From Octopus sinensis (Eukaryota), in the NCBI RefSeq assembly GCF_006345805.1, contig NC_043022.1:3534001-3598000 (forward strand): 64,000 bases of DNA, in the 5' to 3' direction. The number at the start of each line of letters is the position of its first letter. Position 1 is the first letter of the stretch. The notes below the pieces were generated by a model, which worked only from the letters and a program-made list of their open reading frames with translations, was not told the origin of the DNA and searched no databases. The translations under genes were made by a program, and so were the position numbers. Shown in pieces: positions 62,039 through 64,000 of the stretch.

Positions 62039-64000
62039 GGTATTTGTGTATTTACATAACTTAGTAGTTCAGCGAAAGAGACCGACAGACTATCAGACTT
62101 AAAAAAGAAAAAAACAACAGTTAAGTACTGGGTGGATTTGTTTAGCTAGACTTCTTTGAGGTGGTGCTCCAGCATGGCAGCAGTCTAATGACCGAAACAA
62201 GTAGAAGATAAAAGATTAAACTGCTGTTTTGGGACATAACAAAAAGATCTTACGTAAAATAATGACGGCAGAGTCAAAAAAGTTTAAAAAAAACAAAAAA
62301 CAAAACAAAAACAGTTGACGGTAATTGACGTCATGTTCTTATCAATGTTGTCAATATCAGAGCAGAACCAATTACTACCGGTTTTCTCCAGATACAAATA
62401 TAATTTTGATCTATATTACACATTATTACAGAGGTGCAGGAGGCATTGACGTATGGCTAAAAAGCTTGCTTCGTAACTAAGTGGTTTCAAGTTTCACCTG
62501 CCCACAGTACCACTGCAAGGTACGAGCTGGCAGAAACGTCGGGGTCGATAAATTAAGTACCAGTTACGCACTGGGGTCGATGTAATCGACTTAATACCTA
62601 TGTCTGTCCTTGTTTGTCCCCTCTATGTTTAGCCCCTTGTGGGTAATAAAGAAATAGGTATTTAGGGTTAGGGTTTGTTTGCCTTTACGTTCTGAGTTCA
62701 AATTCCACCGATGTCGACTTTGCCTTTCATCCTTTCGGGGTTGATAAATTGAGCACCAGTTATGCACTGGGGTCGATGTTATCGACTTAATACCTATGTC
62801 TGTCCTTGTTTGTCCCCTCTATGTTTAGCCCCTTGTGGGTAATAAAGAAATAGGTACCTTGGGCAAGTGTCTTCTATTATAAGTTTGATCAATGTCTCGT
62901 GAGACACCATCTTTATAGTCATTGCTACAATGCATACCAGGTACATGCCGTCAGTAATTACTCAGGGTAGGAAGTTGGCGACCTTTATGTAGTAAAACAC
63001 AATTGCACAACCGAGTTGAGGGCAGATTTACTTCTGCCTTTATAGCATGTAAAGAAAACGGTGTTGTAGGGGTGTACGCAGAATGTGTGGTACATCAGTA
63101 CTATGCATAGCTTAAATACTGAGATTGAAAAGCAGGGGAGAATAAAACATTTGCATTTTATGCATTGTAATCAGAGTAACCTTCATAATTTTATTGGAGT
63201 AGGTTCATATTTTGCCATAAAAAGAAAATGGTGCTATCGATCTATTTTATTCAGGGTGGGTACTGCCTACATTGCTTACCTAAGCAGCACATCCCTGATT
63301 CATACCAATATTGGTTTCAAAGTTTGGCACAAGGCCAGAAGTTTCCAAGTGAGGGTTGGTCACATCAACCCCAGTGTTCAACAGGGACCTGTATGCTAAC
63401 ATTTCTGCCAGCTTGCCACCTTGCAATGCATATCGATAATCAAGGTTGACTTTGCCTTCCATCCTTTCGGGGGTCGATAAATTTATCTGAATGCTAAGGG
63501 GTTAATGCCGGCAGGGTTTGGAAGGTTTCACAAGATCTGATGAGCCAGAGAACTGCACTGAACTCAAATATTTGTTTTGGCATGGCTTCTACAGCTGAAT
63601 GACTTTCCTAATGCCAACCACTTCACAGAGGGTACTAGGTGCTTTTTGTCCTTTGTGATTCTCGGAGTAGTGAGGCTACCAAGTGATTCACAAGACAAAA
63701 AAAAAAGACCCAGGACCAATTGGGATAGCAGTATGGAGAGAGTGGCATTACATCAGATGTTCAGAGGCTAAAACATGATAGAGGGACAGGCACAGGTGTG
63801 TTGCTATAGATGAGATAAGACACCTGTGCATGTCCCTCATACTTCAACCTCTCTCAACACCTGGCATTACATATCAAGTTATGTATATCTGAGTCCCATT
63901 GTTCTGAGTTGTCTGTCATTCTTGTAAAGTGTTTGTAGTTTCATAGTTTGTGGGGATCACTTACTTTTGGTATTGTTCGGTTTTCTTCGTAGGTAAATTA

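Larger units (their letters stand above)
384..62220. mobile_element. Abundant ~400-bp tRNA-derived CORE-type SINE with internal (TA)n(TG)n linker (family-level entry, more than 30 full or partial copies)
   Basis: Head aggcgcaggagtggctgtgtggtaag...ggttcagtccc (A/B-box-like), CORE-like gtggcaccttgggcaagtgtctt, tail gaaacaagtaaaagagtaaaagag. Near-full copies at about 384-797(-), 6657-7070(+), 7844-8268(+), 8588-9001(+), 18312-18732(+), 21447-21831(+), 23540-23911(+), 24160-24482(-), 31490-31890(-), 32101-32463(+), 34783-35183(-), 35741-36127(+), 37540-37930(-), 38186-38563(-), 46218-46616(+), 48004-48406(-), 53672-54080(+), 58157-58566(+), 58801-59430(+). Resembles octopus OR/OK-type SINEs from memory. 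Confidence 0.9.
7228..63650. mobile_element. Dispersed copies of the VNTR-bearing (ATG)n-tailed retroposon (family-level entry)
   Basis: Approximate copies: 7228-7410(+), 9110-9770(+, interrupted), 9840-10238(+), 28100-28265(+), 33122-33225(-), 38989-39435(-), 40675-40960(-), 41598-41836(+), 42098-42345(-), 43000-43200(+), 44787-45095(+), 49969-50345(-), 50430-50700(-), 56380-56545, 61425-61620(-), 63570-63650(-). Most carry the ggcacgtaaaaagcacc core; nearly all retain part of the shared 3' end. Confidence 0.8.

Noticed and set aside
63959-64000. Strong minus-strand donor (gtaagt) at the window edge as KSR exon 1
   Set aside because: The phase-0 frame contains a stop at the edge and does not match the expected CC helix. 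Too little sequence is visible.

Overview
Eukaryotic, repeat-dense genomic DNA, very likely from an octopus (inferred from the SINE repertoire, not from a search). The only supportable protein-coding content is two spliced minus-strand exons (13788-13919 and 8351-8495) that join in frame into the CC-SAM domain of a Kinase Suppressor of Ras (KSR) homologue. No first coding exon with KSR homology was found, so most of the window is probably intron. That sequence is filled with at least four tRNA-derived SINE families, RTE-type LINE 3' fragments, TTAA (piggyBac-type), hAT-type and MULE-like MITEs, and a retroposon carrying an internal VNTR. Five retroelement-derived segments have been amplified into tandem arrays (66, 210, ~184, ~192 and ~240 bp units), and there is a 43/86-bp array of unknown origin. 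The most interesting patterns are the VNTR-bearing retroposon expanded to ~81 units, a SINE whose insertions recur at GGT(AT) sites and that multimerises at the same motif, very long flanking duplications (49 and 104 bp), and a 102-bp templated patch. Nearly all long ORFs in the supplied track are repeat artefacts. There is no CRISPR array or prokaryotic system.
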